DNA of 64,000 nucleotides from Opitutales bacterium (GTDB lineage Bacteria; Verrucomicrobiota; Verrucomicrobiia; Opitutales; UBA9783): NCBI GenBank assembly GCA_024407725.1, contig JAKSVZ010000001.1, positions 22,746 to 86,745 of the forward strand, read 5' to 3'. Shown piece by piece: positions 41,084 to 50,991 of this stretch (position 1 is its first letter; each line of letters starts with the position of its first letter). The notes under the pieces were generated by a model. It saw only the letters and a program-made list of their open reading frames with translations, ran no database searches and was not told where the DNA came from. The position numbers and the translations under genes were made by a program.

Positions 41084-41476
41084 TTAGATCATTCGTTTCA
41101 TGGGCATCCGGCACTTCAACCGAGAAGTCCATTGCGTATGAGCCTTATCAGGATCCGACATAATCGGATCCTGATGGCCTGCTAATAGAATCTGTTTACC
41201 ATTCAATCCTTCCGGAACCACGCCGACCGGCTGCTTATTCTGTTCCAATAACGAAGCCATACACTGTAATTCATTCAGCATATATTTTTCGTTGGGAGCA
41301 GTTTTTTGCAAAAAATCTATGAACGCATCGATATAGTCCTTTGTTAAATACTTTTCATCAAACGCATCTAATTTCAATTGATGAAAAACATTCTGCAAAC
41401 GATCCAAACGCTCTTTCAATTCATCTATCTGGTGCAACATCTGTTCCGGTTGAATCTCATTCGTTTTCATTCGCAT
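41084..41476 (-). CDS. Hypothetical small helical protein (candidate chaperone/adaptor for the two downstream paralogs)
   Basis: 130 aa with an acidic helical N-terminal two-thirds (IDELKERLDRLQNVFHQLKLDAFDEKYL...) and a basic tail. It is translationally coupled to the next gene. Confidence 0.6.
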   Translation of the reverse strand: MRMKTNEIQPEQMLHQIDELKERLDRLQNVFHQLKLDAFDEKYLTKDYIDAFIDFLQKTAPNEKYMLNELQCMASLLEQNKQPVGVVPEGLNGKQILLAGHQDPIMSDPDKAHTQWTSRLKCRMPMKRMI

Positions 41477-41672
41477 TTATGAATAGCATATAGTGTGCCA
41501 CAAATACCCCAAAAACGCTTCAAATTGCGCTTTTTGCCCTCAAATCAATGATTATGAATAAATTTCCCCTGAGCTCAAAAAATTGCCGCTCGCCAATAGC
41601 ATATTTTAGGCCATTAAGCGCTGCACTTTTAAATTGATTTTTGAGACAAAATCACCTTCATTATTAAGCATA

Positions 41673-44600
41673 ATGAACGCCAATAACTGCACAAAGGATG
41701 CTAACGAAGCAGTTGCATCTGTCGCTTATGCTTTTAGTGAATTAATTGCCATCTATCCTATTACCCCATCTTCACCGATGGCCGAATGGTGCGACCAATG
41801 GTCCTCGGCAGGTGTGAAAAATTTACTGGGTGTAGTACCGGAAGTAGTTGAAATGCAGTCGGAAGGCGGAGCAATTGGCGCTGTACATGGAACGTTGCAA
41901 AGTGGGCTGTTAACCACCACCTTTACCGCTTCCCAAGGCCTTCTGTTGATGATTCCCAACCTTTATAAAATTGCCGGTGAATTGTTGCCTTTTTGTATGC
42001 ACGTTACCGCGCGAGCCTTGTCCAATCATGCGCTGTCCATCTTTGGCGATCACAGCGATGTTATGGGAATTCGCCAAACTGGTATGGCCTTATTAGCCTC
42101 AGAATCGGTTCAGGCTGCCCATGATTTAGCAGCATTGGCTCATACAACCACCCTTGAAGCCAAAATCCCCTTTGTCCATTTCTTTGATGGATTCCGTACG
42201 TCTCACGAAATCAACACCTATCAGCCGTTATCCGCTGAGGTATTGAATCAGTTGCTGGATAAGAAGGCGCTACAGGAATTCCGAAAACTAGGCATTACGC
42301 CGGATACGCCAACCGTTCGGGGGACCGCTCAAAACCCAGATGTTTATTTTCAGGGTCGCGAAAAGAGCAATAGCCTTTATCAACAGCTGCCGGATATTTT
42401 AGAAGCCAAAATGCGGCAGTTTGAAAAGCTAACGGGGCGCAGTTATCATCCGTTTAATTACGTAGGTCACCCTCAAGCGGAACGTGGATTTGTAGCCATG
42501 TGTTCCGGAGCCGAAACACTTCAGCAGACCATTGAGTACAGAGGACAACACCAAGGGGAAAAAGTTGGTTTAATCAACGTACACTTGTACCGCCCATTCT
42601 CCTTAAAATATTTTTTAAAAGCTTTGCCCGTAAGCACTAAAGAGGTTATTGTGTTGGATAAAACCAAAGAATCAGGGTCTATAGCAGAACCGTTATGCTT
42701 GGATATCCAATCCGCTCTGCAGGCCGCTTACCAACAAGGGCAGTTGCCGCATATGCCAAAGGTGATTGGCGGACGTTATGGAGTGGGTATGAAGGAATTC
42801 AACCCCAGTATGGCGTACGCAATCTACGAGGCAGCTAAAAATGACCAATTAAAACCCTCATTTACCGTTGGTATCAACGATGATGTGACGCACTTATCGG
42901 TTCCGGTTAACCATGCGCTGGATTTGGAAGACCCAAGCAGTTTTCGCGCGCTCTTTTTCGGTCTAGGCTCCGATGGAACCGTTGGTGGCAATAAAAACAC
43001 CATTAAAATTATCGGTCAGGAAACCGGCAAATTTGCTCAAGCTTACTTTGTATATGATTCAAAAAAATCAGGCGCGATGACCGTTTCGCATTTAAGAATC
43101 AGCGATAATCCTATCCATGCGCCTTATTTAATTCAAAGCGCTAACTTTGTTGCCTGCCACCAATTTCAATTTGTCGAAACCTACGATGTACTAAAAACCT
43201 TGCAAAAAGGCGGCGTATTTTTGCTCAACGCTCCCTATGAACCCGAAGCACTTTGGGAACGCTTGCCGCAAGAAATGCAACAAACCCTCATCGATAAGCA
43301 AATTCGTCTGTACGCCATTGATGCTTACAAAATTGCTCAAGCGTGCGGCATGGGTGGACGTATCAATACCATCATGCAAACCTGCTTCTTTGCCATCTCC
43401 GGAATTTTACCCAAAGATGAGGCAATTGCAGCCATCAAAAATGCCATTAAGAAAACGTATGGTAAAAAGGGAGATGAGGTCGTAGCCAGTAACAATGCAG
43501 CGGTTGATGCAGCTTTGGCCAATTTACATGAAATTTCGCTTCAGGCTGTATCGAAAACCGCCCACAAACGTGCAACCTTGCAGCTTCACGGAGCATCCGA
43601 ATTCATTCGGACAGTCACGCAAGCGCTGTTGGAACAAAAAGGCGATACGCTACCGGTTAGTGCATTACCGGATCATGGCATTTGGCCAACCGGAACAACC
43701 TGCTTGGAAAAACGCAACATGGCGCAATTTATTCCACAGTGGGATCCTTCGCTGTGTATCCAATGCAATCAATGCTCTTTGGTTTGCCCCCATGCTGCCA
43801 TTCGCACCAAGCATTTCGATAATAGTAGTTTAAAACAAGCACCAGAAGGCTTTCAGTCGGCACCCTTCCGTTCACCCAACAACCCTGATCAAGCGTTTAC
43901 GGTTCAAGTATCGCCTGAAAATTGCACCGGTTGTGGTTTGTGCAGCGCCAATTGCCCCGCTAAAAGCAGAACCGATGCGAACAAAAAAGCGCTTACCATG
44001 GTTCATAAAGCCGAGGTTTTTGACCAAACCCATGCAAATGCCGAATTTTTCGACACCCTACCCTATCAAACGGAGCTTAATAATCCTATCGACGCGAAAC
44101 AATCACAGTTCCGCCAACCGTTATTCGAATATTCTGGTGCATGTGCGGGATGCGGAGAAACAGCGTACATTAAGCTTTTAACGCAGTTATTTGGGGATCG
44201 CCTCATCATGGCAAACGCAACAGGATGCTCCTCTATTTATGGCGGACATTTGCCAACCACCCCGTATACGAAGAATTCAGACGGACGTGGACCTGCTTGG
44301 GCCAGTTCCCTATTCGAGGATAACGCTGAATTTGGGTTTGGAATGCGTATCGCAGCAGACAAAAAGACGCAAACTGCTCGTCAATTGTTAACTGAGCTAC
44401 AACCGCAATTAACGCAGGATTTTTCCGAATTGTTACAACCGGCTAACGATGAGCAGCAATATACCAAACATCGGCAGTTGATTGATCAACTCAAGCAGCA
44501 ATTAGCCTCCGTTAAGCACGAATCAGCTGATGCGCTCCTAGCAATTGCCGACTTTTTATTAACTAAAGCGGTATGGGCGGTCGGAGGAGATGGTTGGGCG

Positions 44601-45203
44601 TACGATATTGGATTCGGCGGCCTCGATCATGTGCTCGCAACGGGTCGCAATTTAAAGGTACTGGTACTGGATACCGAGGTTTACTCCAACACCGGAGGTC
44701 AGCAATCCAAAGCAACTCCGTTAGGAGCGGTCGCTAAATTCGCTGCCGCCGGTAAAGCCAATGCTAAAAAGGATCTAGGCCTATTAGCCATGATGTACCG
44801 AAGCATTTATGTTGCTCAAATTGCTCTGCAAGCCAATCCAAACCAAGCAGTAAAGGCATTGCTCGAAGCCAATCGTTATCCTGGATCCGCCATTATTATT
44901 GCTTACTGCAATTGCATCGAGCATGGCTATGATTTGGTTCACGGTAAAGAGCAGCAACGCTTAGCGGTTGACTCAGGTTATTGGCCTCTGTACCGGTATG
45001 ACCCAAGCCTAACCGATCGTAATCCTTTACAATTGGATACGGTTCACAGCAAAATCCCCTTCACGGATTACATAAAGCGTGAAAATCGTTTTAAGATGCT
45101 GGCAAAAACCAATCCAGAACGCGCGGCACAATTAGTCAATGATGCTCAGGATTGGATCAACCGTCGGGTACAACTTTATCAGCAGCTGGCATCCAATCAA
45201 TGA
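41673..45203 (+). CDS. nifJ: Pyruvate:ferredoxin (flavodoxin) oxidoreductase
   Basis: ~1176 aa from the ATG at 41673 (MNANNCTKDANEAVASVAYAFSELIAIYPITPSSPMAEW). It has two 4Fe-4S motifs (CIQCNQCSLVCPH, CTGCGLCSANCP) and a TPP domain (GGDGWAYDIGFGGLDH). The track TTG at 41634 is less likely. Confidence 0.95.
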   Translation: MNANNCTKDANEAVASVAYAFSELIAIYPITPSSPMAEWCDQWSSAGVKNLLGVVPEVVEMQSEGGAIGAVHGTLQSGLLTTTFTASQGLLLMIPNLYKIAGELLPFCMHVTARALSNHALSIFGDHSDVMGIRQTGMALLASESVQAAHDLAALAHTTTLEAKIPFVHFFDGFRTSHEINTYQPLSAEVLNQLLDKKALQEFRKLGITPDTPTVRGTAQNPDVYFQGREKSNSLYQQLPDILEAKMRQFEKLTGRSYHPFNYVGHPQAERGFVAMCSGAETLQQTIEYRGQHQGEKVGLINVHLYRPFSLKYFLKALPVSTKEVIVLDKTKESGSIAEPLCLDIQSALQAAYQQGQLPHMPKVIGGRYGVGMKEFNPSMAYAIYEAAKNDQLKPSFTVGINDDVTHLSVPVNHALDLEDPSSFRALFFGLGSDGTVGGNKNTIKIIGQETGKFAQAYFVYDSKKSGAMTVSHLRISDNPIHAPYLIQSANFVACHQFQFVETYDVLKTLQKGGVFLLNAPYEPEALWERLPQEMQQTLIDKQIRLYAIDAYKIAQACGMGGRINTIMQTCFFAISGILPKDEAIAAIKNAIKKTYGKKGDEVVASNNAAVDAALANLHEISLQAVSKTAHKRATLQLHGASEFIRTVTQALLEQKGDTLPVSALPDHGIWPTGTTCLEKRNMAQFIPQWDPSLCIQCNQCSLVCPHAAIRTKHFDNSSLKQAPEGFQSAPFRSPNNPDQAFTVQVSPENCTGCGLCSANCPAKSRTDANKKALTMVHKAEVFDQTHANAEFFDTLPYQTELNNPIDAKQSQFRQPLFEYSGACAGCGETAYIKLLTQLFGDRLIMANATGCSSIYGGHLPTTPYTKNSDGRGPAWASSLFEDNAEFGFGMRIAADKKTQTARQLLTELQPQLTQDFSELLQPANDEQQYTKHRQLIDQLKQQLASVKHESADALLAIADFLLTKAVWAVGGDGWAYDIGFGGLDHVLATGRNLKVLVLDTEVYSNTGGQQSKATPLGAVAKFAAAGKANAKKDLGLLAMMYRSIYVAQIALQANPNQAVKALLEANRYPGSAIIIAYCNCIEHGYDLVHGKEQQRLAVDSGYWPLYRYDPSLTDRNPLQLDTVHSKIPFTDYIKRENRFKMLAKTNPERAAQLVNDAQDWINRRVQLYQQLASNQ

Positions 45204-45283
45204 TGCTGGCTGCACTCCCCTAACGGATTAGGGGATACAATTAGGGGGTTGATTATCCCCCACAAAAAGTTATAGGTTAAGGG

Positions 45284-45970
45284 ATGAGCATGGATGCTCA
45301 TGATGGACACAGGCAACGATTACGTGAACGGTTTCTAAAAACGGGGCTGAATGGATTTGCCGAATACGAAATCGTAGAGCTATTATTAACTTTGTGTATT
45401 CCAAGAATGGATGTAAAACCGTTTGCAAAGGAACTCATCCAAAAATTCGGTACTGTCAAAAATATTATTGAGCAAAATCCCGAACGTCTGCTGGAGGTGA
45501 AGGGTCTAGGGGAACATTCCATTACCTGCATCAAAATTATCAAAGCTTTATCGGATTATTACCTCTTTCAAAAGAGCAGTGAATTGCCAATTTTGCGCGA
45601 TAATGCAACCTTGATAAATTTTTGGCGCGCAAAAATAGGATTTTTACAAAGTGAAGTTTTTGAGGTCGCATTTTTAAATGGTTCCTATCAATTACTCCCC
45701 AATGGGGTTGAGCGCATAGAAGAAGGAATTGCTCATCAAACCCATATATATCCCCAAAAAATTTTAAAATCGGCTATAGCACATAATGCGGTAAACATTG
45801 TGATTGCCCATAATCATCCGTCGGGGAATCCTCAACCTTCCGCCAACGATATAACCTTAACCAATGCGATTAAAACCGCCTGTTCTATTTTAGCGGTTCG
45901 ATTAGTCGACCACGTAATTATTACCCATGATTCGTATTACTCATTCCGAGAATCCGGATTGCTTGCGTAA
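45284..45970 (+). CDS. radC: RadC-family JAB/MPN domain protein
   Basis: 228 aa with GHR.RLRERF, an HhH region and the JAMM motif VIAHNHPSGNPQPSANDITLT. Confidence 0.9.
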   Translation: MSMDAHDGHRQRLRERFLKTGLNGFAEYEIVELLLTLCIPRMDVKPFAKELIQKFGTVKNIIEQNPERLLEVKGLGEHSITCIKIIKALSDYYLFQKSSELPILRDNATLINFWRAKIGFLQSEVFEVAFLNGSYQLLPNGVERIEEGIAHQTHIYPQKILKSAIAHNAVNIVIAHNHPSGNPQPSANDITLTNAIKTACSILAVRLVDHVIITHDSYYSFRESGLLA

Positions 45971-46191
45971 GTCGATTGCAAATTTTCCTGAGGATGCACA
46001 ATCGACACATGACGTTCGGTTAGGGTTTTAATCGAAGGCATAATGGACATATCGGAATTCTGATCCAATGAACTTACCACTGAACCTTCCGCACGGGTAA
46101 TCGTATGGCCATTAAAGGTACCTACTGCCCCATTATTATCGCTAATAGCAGCGGCGTTGGTTCCAATGTTTGTATTAATCCCTAACGACAT
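45937..46191 (-). CDS. Small hypothetical protein (84 aa) or antisense transcript overlapping the radC 3' end
   Basis: ORF MSLGINTNIGTNAAAISDNNGAVGTFNGHTITRAEG..., preceded by a near-consensus promoter (next feature). Its last 34 nt overlap radC on the opposite strand. There is no family match, so coding status is uncertain. Confidence 0.35.
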   Translation of the reverse strand: MSLGINTNIGTNAAAISDNNGAVGTFNGHTITRAEGSVVSSLDQNSDMSIMPSIKTLTERHVSIVHPQENLQSTYASNPDSRNE

Positions 46192-46200
46192 ACTTTGTAT

Positions 46201-46229
46201 TATTATACGAACCTACCGCCTGACTATCA
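46201..46229 (-). promoter_or_regulatory. Near-consensus sigma70-type promoter
   Basis: On the minus strand: TTGATA (46229-46224), exactly 17 nt spacer, TATAAT (46206-46201). The ATG of the 84-aa ORF is at 46191, so the predicted TSS (~46194) gives an essentially leaderless mRNA. Confidence 0.5.
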
Positions 46230-46245
46230 ACTCATTAACCTTACG

Positions 46246-47886
46246 CTAAACGCTACACGTTCGTACGTTTTTCGATAAGGTTAGCGCTTGCTCAATACTT
46301 CTGCCAAAGCGGCAATCCATACCGGCATCCATTAAACGCGCCTTGTTCATACGCGCTTCCACCAACTCATTCGCTTCGCAAAATACCACGTTGATCGTTT
46401 TCGATTCCGAAGCGCTAATAAAGGCACGCAAGGAATCCAACGCACTCACGTCTATAAACGGAACGTGTTTTAAGCGAATAATCAACGTATGTACATCAGG
46501 ATTTACCCCCGATAAAGCCGATTGAAAGGTTCCAATTGCACCAAAGAAAAAGGGGCCTTCAATTGAATAAATGCCTATGTTTTTAGGGACATTGCTGATG
46601 TGTTCAATCTGTAAAGACGCTGACGTAGCATGTTCAATTTGAATTGAATGAGCCATACGCCTCATAAAAAACAAGGTAGCAAAAATAACCCCCACATTTA
46701 CCGCTACGACTAAATCCACAAAAATCGTTAGGAAAAACGTGGTTAATAAGACAAAACGATCGGAATACGGTGCGGTCGATAATACCCGATAAAAGCGCTT
46801 ATAATCGCTCATGTTATAACTTACAACGAACAAAACTGACGATAAGGCTGTAATCGGAATAGCCGTTGCACAGGGTGCTAGCACTAAAATAAAGGATATC
46901 AACGTCACGCAATGGATTAAGCCAGCAATCGGCGCATTTCCTCCGGTTTTGATGTTGGTTGCAGTACGCGCAATCGCTCCTGTTGCCGCAAATCCTCCAA
47001 ATAGGGGGGTAAATATATTAGCCAACCCCTGCCCTATCAGCTCATTATTCGAATGATGATGCGTTCCAATCATGCTATCTGCAACAGATGCCGACAATAA
47101 TGATTCGATTGCCCCCAAAAGCGCAATGGTAAACGCAGGCCCTATCAGCTCTAGAATTAAAGGCAACGATGCATGCGGCAAATGAAACGACGGTAACGCT
47201 TGGGGAATACCGCCAAATACGCTTCCAATGGTAGCCACTGATTGGAATTTGCAGATACTTTGGATAACCGTTGCTAACACCAAAGCCACTAAAAACCCAG
47301 GAATTGGCTTTAAGTACCGATTGGTTACAACAATTAAGATTAAGCTCCCCAAACCTAACAAGGTAGTAGCTACATTCAAAGTGGATGCTGCAGGGTATAA
47401 ATCCAAAATTTTGGTTACAAAACTCGTTCCATGGGTGGTAACCGTTAACCCAAAGAAGTCTTTCAATTGACCCACGAAAATCGTTAATGCAATTCCCGAA
47501 GTAAATCCAATAATAACCGGTTCTGGGATATACTTAATCATTGTCCCTAATTTCAAAAATCCCATTAAAATCAGGAAAATACCCGCCAAAAACGTTGCCA
47601 ATTGTAGCCCATCGAATCCGTATTGTTGCACAATGGAATGAAGGAGGATAACAAACGCTCCTGTCGGCCCTGCAATTTGAACGCGGCTTCCCCCAAACAA
47701 CGACACGAAAAATCCAGCAACAATTGCAGTATATAAGCCCTTTTCTGGAGCAACTCCACTGGCAATTGCAAAGGCCATTGCTAAAGGCAAAGCCACAACG
47801 CCAACCACAATGCCAGGCACCAGATTGGACAACCAACTTTGTTTCGAAAACAAATGGTTTTTAATAGCCTCTTGATATGCGAACAT
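46246..47886 (-). CDS. SulP-family anion transporter with C-terminal STAS domain
   Basis: 546 aa. VVALPLAMAFAIASGV.PE.GLYTAIV.GF and the IAGPTGAF motif are present, with a C-terminal STAS-like region (IIRLKHVPFIDVSALDSL). Confidence 0.88.
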   Translation of the reverse strand: MFAYQEAIKNHLFSKQSWLSNLVPGIVVGVVALPLAMAFAIASGVAPEKGLYTAIVAGFFVSLFGGSRVQIAGPTGAFVILLHSIVQQYGFDGLQLATFLAGIFLILMGFLKLGTMIKYIPEPVIIGFTSGIALTIFVGQLKDFFGLTVTTHGTSFVTKILDLYPAASTLNVATTLLGLGSLILIVVTNRYLKPIPGFLVALVLATVIQSICKFQSVATIGSVFGGIPQALPSFHLPHASLPLILELIGPAFTIALLGAIESLLSASVADSMIGTHHHSNNELIGQGLANIFTPLFGGFAATGAIARTATNIKTGGNAPIAGLIHCVTLISFILVLAPCATAIPITALSSVLFVVSYNMSDYKRFYRVLSTAPYSDRFVLLTTFFLTIFVDLVVAVNVGVIFATLFFMRRMAHSIQIEHATSASLQIEHISNVPKNIGIYSIEGPFFFGAIGTFQSALSGVNPDVHTLIIRLKHVPFIDVSALDSLRAFISASESKTINVVFCEANELVEARMNKARLMDAGMDCRFGRSIEQALTLSKNVRTCSV

Positions 47887-47949
47887 AGGCTTTCTAACCT
47901 ATGCCAGAAATTGCCATTGTCAAGTAATCATTAACGCAACGCGCAAAAG

Positions 47950-49755
47950 CTATTTGGGAAACAAATAACGCAAAAATTCCGTTGCAATCGGGCTAGATTC
48001 TATCCCGCCATAAAACACCCCCGGTTGTTCCTGCTCGACTTGTATACAAAAGGCAATTTTTGGGTTATCAACGGGAGCAAACCCTATAAGCCATCCAATA
48101 TGCCAGTATTCCGCATGCCCCTTGATTTTAATCTGCGCTGTACCACTTTTGACGGCTAAATTATCAAATGACGGCAGGTAAAATTTAGCCGCTTGCACCA
48201 TACCCGTTTTAATCACCTCCCATTTAGCATTCGGCAACGCTTTTTGAGCTTTATACGGGGTTGGTTTCACTAAATGGGGTCTAAAGTACGTACGATTCCG
48301 TGACAATGCAGCTGCGAAACGAACCATTTGCATAGGAGTCACTAACCAATACCCTTGCCCAATCGACATATTGGCGGTATCTCCGGGAGTCCAACGCTCG
48401 CCAAAACGTTCCTCTTTCCATTTCGGAGAAGGAATGTTAAACGTACGCACTTCATAGGGTAAATCAATCCCAGTAGGTTCATTAAAATGGTACCGAATTG
48501 CTTCATCATGCAAGGCATCAGGTCCAACTTGTACCCCATAATGATAGAAGAACACATTACAACTTTTCCCCATCGCTTGAATAGTATTAACTGCTCCATG
48601 TCCATCACGGTTATAACAATGGAATGCACGATTTCCCACCATTTCCAATCCCGTACACACATAACTACTGTCTGCATTGACAACCCCAGCACGTAACATA
48701 GCTGATAACGCAATCGGTTTAAAACTCGAACCCATAGGATACAAACCTTGCGTTGCGCGGTTTAACCATGCCCCCTGTTGCTCAATCTCTTTATAAACAC
48801 GAGCGGGTAAAATAGGAACCAAATCATTCAAATTAAACCCTGGGTGGCTCAACATAGCCAATACCCCACCCGTAGCGATATCCACAATTACGACTGAACC
48901 TTTTCGGCTCCCCATAGCCTTTTCGCATACCTTCTGCAATTCTATATCCAACGATAGCTTAACCGCTTCACCTGCGGTACTTGGACTCGACCACACACAA
49001 CTCTGTTTCTGACCCCCCGGAGTTACGCGCCAAATTTCAACACCATCACTCCCATTCAAGGTATCATCGTACATCGATTCAATCCCCGTACGCCCTTGCT
49101 CGCGCTTATAAACGAACGTCCGCAATGACTTACCTTGTTCTATTTCTTCATCAACCTCCTCAACCTTGCCCACATAACCGATTACGTGGCAGGCCGCTGA
49201 ACCGTAGGGATAAGTACGCACCCATTCAATCCCAACTTGAAATGGATCCGCCCCCGATAACCCATTCAATAAGCGCGCATAAACCTCTTTGCTTAACCCC
49301 TGCGATAATTTCAACGGAAGCAAAATATTCTGCTGGTAATGCTGGAGCAATTGCCGAGAGGTAATCTCAAATGGAATAGGCCCTAACTGCCGTGCATACC
49401 TCAAAAGCGCATCATGGAGCAATGACCACAGTTGTTCTTGTTGTTCGGATCGATCGTGGTTTTTCTTACAAAATGGCTCAAAATACCTACGGAAATAGTC
49501 TAAACGCACATACAAGCAATAAATGGGCTTTTGGATCGCCAATGGTCTCCCCTTACAGTCCAAAATACTTCCCCGTTGCCCCGGATAAATGATGCGCCGC
49601 AAGCATTGCTGATCGTTCAATTGCTTATAATAATCACCCTGCACATGCTGGCGGTAAAACACAACACCAGCCAACAGCATAAATAAAACAACAATCAATC
49701 CTTGCAAAAAGCGGATACGATTAAAATTTATTCGAGAATCACCTAAGCGAATCAT
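47950..49755 (-). CDS. Class B penicillin-binding protein (PBP2/FtsI-type transpeptidase)
   Basis: 601 aa with an N-terminal TM anchor, a dimerisation domain (RG.I.D..G..LA) and transpeptidase motifs SSFKP (SxxK), SCN (SxN) and KSGTA (KSG). Confidence 0.88.
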   Translation of the reverse strand: MIRLGDSRINFNRIRFLQGLIVVLFMLLAGVVFYRQHVQGDYYKQLNDQQCLRRIIYPGQRGSILDCKGRPLAIQKPIYCLYVRLDYFRRYFEPFCKKNHDRSEQQEQLWSLLHDALLRYARQLGPIPFEITSRQLLQHYQQNILLPLKLSQGLSKEVYARLLNGLSGADPFQVGIEWVRTYPYGSAACHVIGYVGKVEEVDEEIEQGKSLRTFVYKREQGRTGIESMYDDTLNGSDGVEIWRVTPGGQKQSCVWSSPSTAGEAVKLSLDIELQKVCEKAMGSRKGSVVIVDIATGGVLAMLSHPGFNLNDLVPILPARVYKEIEQQGAWLNRATQGLYPMGSSFKPIALSAMLRAGVVNADSSYVCTGLEMVGNRAFHCYNRDGHGAVNTIQAMGKSCNVFFYHYGVQVGPDALHDEAIRYHFNEPTGIDLPYEVRTFNIPSPKWKEERFGERWTPGDTANMSIGQGYWLVTPMQMVRFAAALSRNRTYFRPHLVKPTPYKAQKALPNAKWEVIKTGMVQAAKFYLPSFDNLAVKSGTAQIKIKGHAEYWHIGWLIGFAPVDNPKIAFCIQVEQEQPGVFYGGIESSPIATEFLRYLFPK

Positions 49756-49763
49756 AAAAAATC

Positions 49764-49792
49764 TTGACGCATCAAAATAATAATGATATCAT
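49764..49792 (+). promoter_or_regulatory. Candidate sigma70-type promoter for the HExxH protein gene at 49839
   Basis: TTGACG (49764-49769), 17-nt spacer, TATCAT (49787-49792). It lies 46 nt upstream of the ATG. Confidence 0.45.
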
Positions 49793-49838
49793 GCGCTGTC
49801 ATTTGCGACACATTTAACGAATAACATACATAATCATT

Positions 49839-50933
49839 ATGACTTATAACTTATATACTATCCCTCAATGTACATCAACTAATGAAACTTTTTTCAACTG
49901 CTCAAAACCCCTTACCTCAGATAGGAAGGAAAAGCTAAACGAGCTAGGTTATACAGAGGAATTTCGGGTTGTTAATTTCAACACCCTCATGGATGCATTA
50001 CGCCCCAACACAATAAAAGAACCACTAGATAATGCATGTTGGAACCTAGTCAGAAGCGAATTAGCCGATCGTGTTACGATAGAAACCGGCGTTGTGGATC
50101 ATTTAGGTAATGTAACCATTAACCAACGTAATCCTCAGCTTATTCGCTATTACCGAAGCTTATTCAAAGCCCATTTACTATCATCCCAATTAAGCCAAGC
50201 ACAAGCGGATATCTTATGCGCGCTATATAACGTTCGGGATTGGGATAATATAAAAATGGTAATTTTCGATGGTCCAGTTTCCATAGGATATTGCTACGTC
50301 GATGAACAACAGAACATTATTATTCATATCAGCAGCCATTTAATTGGAGAACGATCAACCTATCTGCCCGGCGGTTTAATGTTCCACGAATTAGGCCATG
50401 CTTTGCACTCCGCATCGAATACCCTTGCGTTGCCGCAATTAGCGACCTACACCAGCAACTTTATAAAAGATATCTATTTACTAAAACAAAACGTAACTTT
50501 AGCTAATAACGAATTGTGTAAGGACTCCAACACCTATCAAATATACAGTGAATGGTTCTCAATTGAAGAATGCTGGAATCAATTAGGTTTTGCGGAAATT
50601 AACGGAATTGTTTACGTTAATGAATTATCCGATTACGCCAATCAGATTTTCTCTGCAAATCCCTTTACCTATCATGGACCAATGGGGCAAAATCGCTTCT
50701 TAACTAAAGAAGAACAAAAGGCAATGTTGCAAAATCTAAGCGCGCGAAAAGCACTTGTTTACCCCGAAAATGCCATTAAAGCCGTTCGCCATGCCCTCGG
50801 ATTAAACGGCGAAATCGATTGGGCAGCCCAAACCACTGCACGTAGCACTTTCTTGTACGACTTAGAAAAAAGATTACAAGCAGAACAACGTGCTGATTTA
50901 ATTTATGATGCTTATCAAAAATTAAATATGTAA
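49839..50933 (+). CDS. HExxH zincin-like protein, paralog 1 (candidate secreted metalloprotease)
   Basis: 364 aa with HELGH encoded at 50385-50399 and no signal peptide. It shares the downstream block W..EE.WN..G......VNELSD......YHGP with the two other HExxH ORFs. Confidence 0.65.
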   Translation: MTYNLYTIPQCTSTNETFFNCSKPLTSDRKEKLNELGYTEEFRVVNFNTLMDALRPNTIKEPLDNACWNLVRSELADRVTIETGVVDHLGNVTINQRNPQLIRYYRSLFKAHLLSSQLSQAQADILCALYNVRDWDNIKMVIFDGPVSIGYCYVDEQQNIIIHISSHLIGERSTYLPGGLMFHELGHALHSASNTLALPQLATYTSNFIKDIYLLKQNVTLANNELCKDSNTYQIYSEWFSIEECWNQLGFAEINGIVYVNELSDYANQIFSANPFTYHGPMGQNRFLTKEEQKAMLQNLSARKALVYPENAIKAVRHALGLNGEIDWAAQTTARSTFLYDLEKRLQAEQRADLIYDAYQKLNM

Positions 50934-50950
50934 GCATTGTTCTCAAAAAA

Positions 50951-50979
50951 TTGACATATTCCATATTTCGCTTCACAAT
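50951..50979 (+). promoter_or_regulatory. Candidate promoter of ppdK
   Basis: Perfect -35 TTGACA (50951-50956), 17-nt spacer, CACAAT (50974-50979). The ATG is at 50992. Confidence 0.3.
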
Positions 50980-50991
50980 TTGAAAGCGAAT

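Noticed and set aside
45217-45258. Two G/C-rich hairpins after nifJ (CCCCTAA-CGGA-TTAGGGG at 45217-45234, then GGGGG...CCCCC)
   Set aside because: No U-tract follows either, and radC starts 25 nt later. It could be read-through or an RNA-processing structure. The evidence is insufficient to call a terminator.
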